NCBI RefSeq assembly: GCF_001194135.2 | Contig: NC_068985.1 | Location: forward strand, 31,883,079-31,947,078 | Origin: Octopus bimaculoides | Taxonomy: Eukaryota | Length of the DNA stretch: 64,000 nt | Reading direction: 5' to 3' | Part shown: one piece after another, positions 61,801 to 64,000 of the stretch | Numbering within the stretch: the stretch's first letter is position 1 | Layout of the letters: every line of letters starts with the position of its first letter | Position numbers and translations under genes: made by a program | The notes under the pieces: generated by a model | The model's database searches: none | What the model was told of the DNA's origin: nothing | The model's input: only the letters and a program-made list of their open reading frames with translations

Positions 61801-63411
61801 AAGGATAGTGAAACAGCTAGATGAATGCTTGTAGGAAGGTACAGTACTCAGCTGGATGACAAAGGGGAAGACATTGTTATGTGCCAAGGATCCTGAAAAG
61901 GGAAGTGCTGCATCCAACTTTTGACCAATATCATGTCTTCCACTAATGTGGAAATTCATGTCAGGTTCTTTGGCCAGTGAACTGTATAGATACTTGGAAA
62001 AAAGCGGGCTGCTACCTATTGAACAGAAAGGGTGTCGAGAGAGGAGCTGGGGGATGAAGGATCAGCTCTTAATTGATAATCTAATCATCAGAAACTGCAA
62101 GAGAAGACACACAAACCTGAGCATAGCATGGGTTGACTATCAAAAGGCATACAGCATGATACCACACTCCTGGATTATAAGGACAATGGAAATGTATGGA
62201 GTAGCAGAAAATATGGAACAGCATGAAATGGTAGAGAATGGAATTGACAACAAGGAATCAAGTATTAGGAGAGGTGAAAATCAGGAAAGGAATCTTCCAG
62301 GGGGACAGTGTGTCCCCACTGATCTTTGTGCTGGGAATGATCCCCATGAGTGAAATACTACAGAAAACAAAGTTGGGGTATGACTTGGGAAGAAGTAAGG
62401 GAAAACTGAACTATTTGCTATTCATGGACAACTCAAAGCTGTTCGCAAAAAGTGAGGCAGAACAGGACAGCCTAGTCCAGTCTGTGCAGATTTTCTCCAA
62501 TGATATTAAGATGGAATTTTGGCTCTCGAAATGTGTTACAATGATGATGAGACAAGGAAAGCTTGTCAGGATAGAAGACATACATTTGCCAAGTGGTGAG
62601 ATGATGTAGGTAATTCAACCTCAATCCAGCTATAAATACCAGGGAATACTTGAGGAAGATGGAATTAAACACAACAACATGAAGGAAAAGACAAAAAGAG
62701 AGTACCTGCAGTGAGTGAGAAAAATACTGGCTTCAAAGCTGAATACCAGAAACATAATTTCAGCAATAAACTCACACGCAGTTGCAGTAGTTCGGCATGG
62801 CACTGGAATCCTGAAGTGAACACAGAAGAAGCTAAAGGAGATGGACAGGAAGTCAAGAAAACTCCTAATGATGCATGGAGTCCATCATCCACGTGCAGAC
62901 ACTGCCCATACATGAAGAGAGCAACTGGAGGGAGAGGCTGATAAGTGTGGAAGAGGACTGCACATATTGAACTCGAGAGCTTAACAAGATACCTAGCCCA
63001 ATGTTAGGAAACCTTAAGAATGAGGACATATTGAAAGCAGAGGAAGAAGGAAAAACGAAGGAAGAAGTACAAAAAAGACACGAAGAAGAATTATGCAACA
63101 AGGGACTACATGATCAATTCCATGTAGCCACAACAGAAGTTGCTGGAAAAAATAGGTGGGATTGGCTGATGAAAGAAATACTAAAAAAAGAGACTGAGAA
63201 CACTATACTGGCAGCACAAGACCAAGCATTGGCCATGAACTGGAGGGTCAACCTTTGGAATGAGCAAGTGTCTCCGCTGTGCCGCATCTGTAATAGAGTT
63301 GATGGAACCATTGCCCATATCACAAACGAATGCCTTAGATTTGCCCCAAACCACTACAAGTTGTGGTGGCATGATCAGGTAGTGAAAGTGCTACATTGGA
63401 AACTGTGCAAA
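58815..63411 (+). mobile_element. R4/Dong-like RLE-type non-LTR retrotransposon, degenerate, mariner-interrupted and 3'-truncated
   Basis: N-terminal EQWLADQARAI..GWLTDMEIEEI; RT motifs [60 protein letters not shown]; C-terminal LAAQDQAL..CRIC..TIAHITNEC..HDQV..LHWKLC. The 5' boundary is approximate. Confidence 0.82.
59634..60909 (-). mobile_element. Full-length cecropia-subfamily (Hsmar1-like) mariner, pseudogenised
   Basis: Perfect 23-bp TIR TTAGGTTGTCAAGAAAGTTCTTG and TA on both sides (59632-33, 60910-11). The transposase runs from ATG 60720 (MDKKQIRTIFLFQFKLG*KAAET) to ..CVDSDGVYFD* at 59711, with a premature TGA and frameshifts. Confidence 0.96.
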
Positions 63412-64000
63412 AACTTCATCCCACAGGGGAACATGGTCTCCATTTTTCCATACATGATCAGCTATACTCGATTTATCAATATCTCCTCGTGTCACAACTT
63501 TGCGATGTTCGTCTTATTTTGAGGGGGCGGCATATTTCACCTTTGTATAACCAACCACAGTTGCATGGGATGGAGTACACGCAGTCTTTGGTCATATTCT
63601 CTTCTATTGGTGGTTTTACTCGAAGGAGATATTTGCCAAGTGTTGTATTACTCTTGAATACTGTTCTGATGTCATATGGGTCACATATCTTTTGTATCTT
63701 TTCGGAGAGGCCTTTCACATAGGGTAGACAGACTGTGGACAGTTTATTGGTTTCATCCTCTCTTTACTTCATAATTGGAGTAGATAGTATGTTTTTGGGG
63801 TAGTTGTTGCTTAATAGATTGTTATTGAGCTTGATCATTTCTTCGTGGTGGGTATCACAATCACTGCTTATATTCTTTGCACGATGTTTTAGGCACTGAG
63901 CAATCCCTCTCTTTACATTGTATGGATGGTGGGAATTGAAGTTGAGATATCGTCCAGTGAAGGTCGGCTTGCAGTATACGGATGTCCTGAATCCATTCTT
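63412..64000 (-). mobile_element. Penelope-like element (RT C-terminus and GIY-YIG endonuclease), continues beyond the window
   Basis: Minus strand: RTSVYCKPTFTGRYLNFNSHHP (RT thumb), then GLSEKIQKIC..CVYSIPCNCGWLYKGE..R..EH..SSIADHVW..LWDEV (GIY-YIG). Confidence 0.9.

Overview
AT-rich, repeat-dense animal genomic DNA with five N gaps. The SINE and RTE-LINE repeat families suggest an octopod cephalopod (inference). Two host genes are solid, both on the minus strand. NDUFS2 has 14 GT-AG exons that I joined by hand into one 1401-nt, 466-aa reading frame (35686-54187). COMMD5 has an intronless CDS (31802-32509). A third gene is indicated by a 624-nt internal exon (366-989, minus) encoding an unrecognised TM-loop-TM segment. 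Weaker signs point to further hidden genes near 24.6 kb (plus) and 54.4-57.7 kb (minus). The rest is a varied set of transposons: two D,D34D mariners, a DD41D element, a fold-back mariner built from two 5' ends, an internally deleted Gypsy element with intact LTRs and TSD, piggyBac and GG-ended 8-bp-TSD MITEs (one only 40 bp), RTE, CR1, CRE-like and R4/Dong LINEs, a Penelope element, and several tRNA-derived SINEs. I found no prokaryotic-type system (CRISPR, operon) and no convincingly new biological system. The best leads are the unidentified membrane-protein exon, the candidate hidden genes, the unusual transposon architectures, and dsRNA-forming inverted repeats in NDUFS2 introns.
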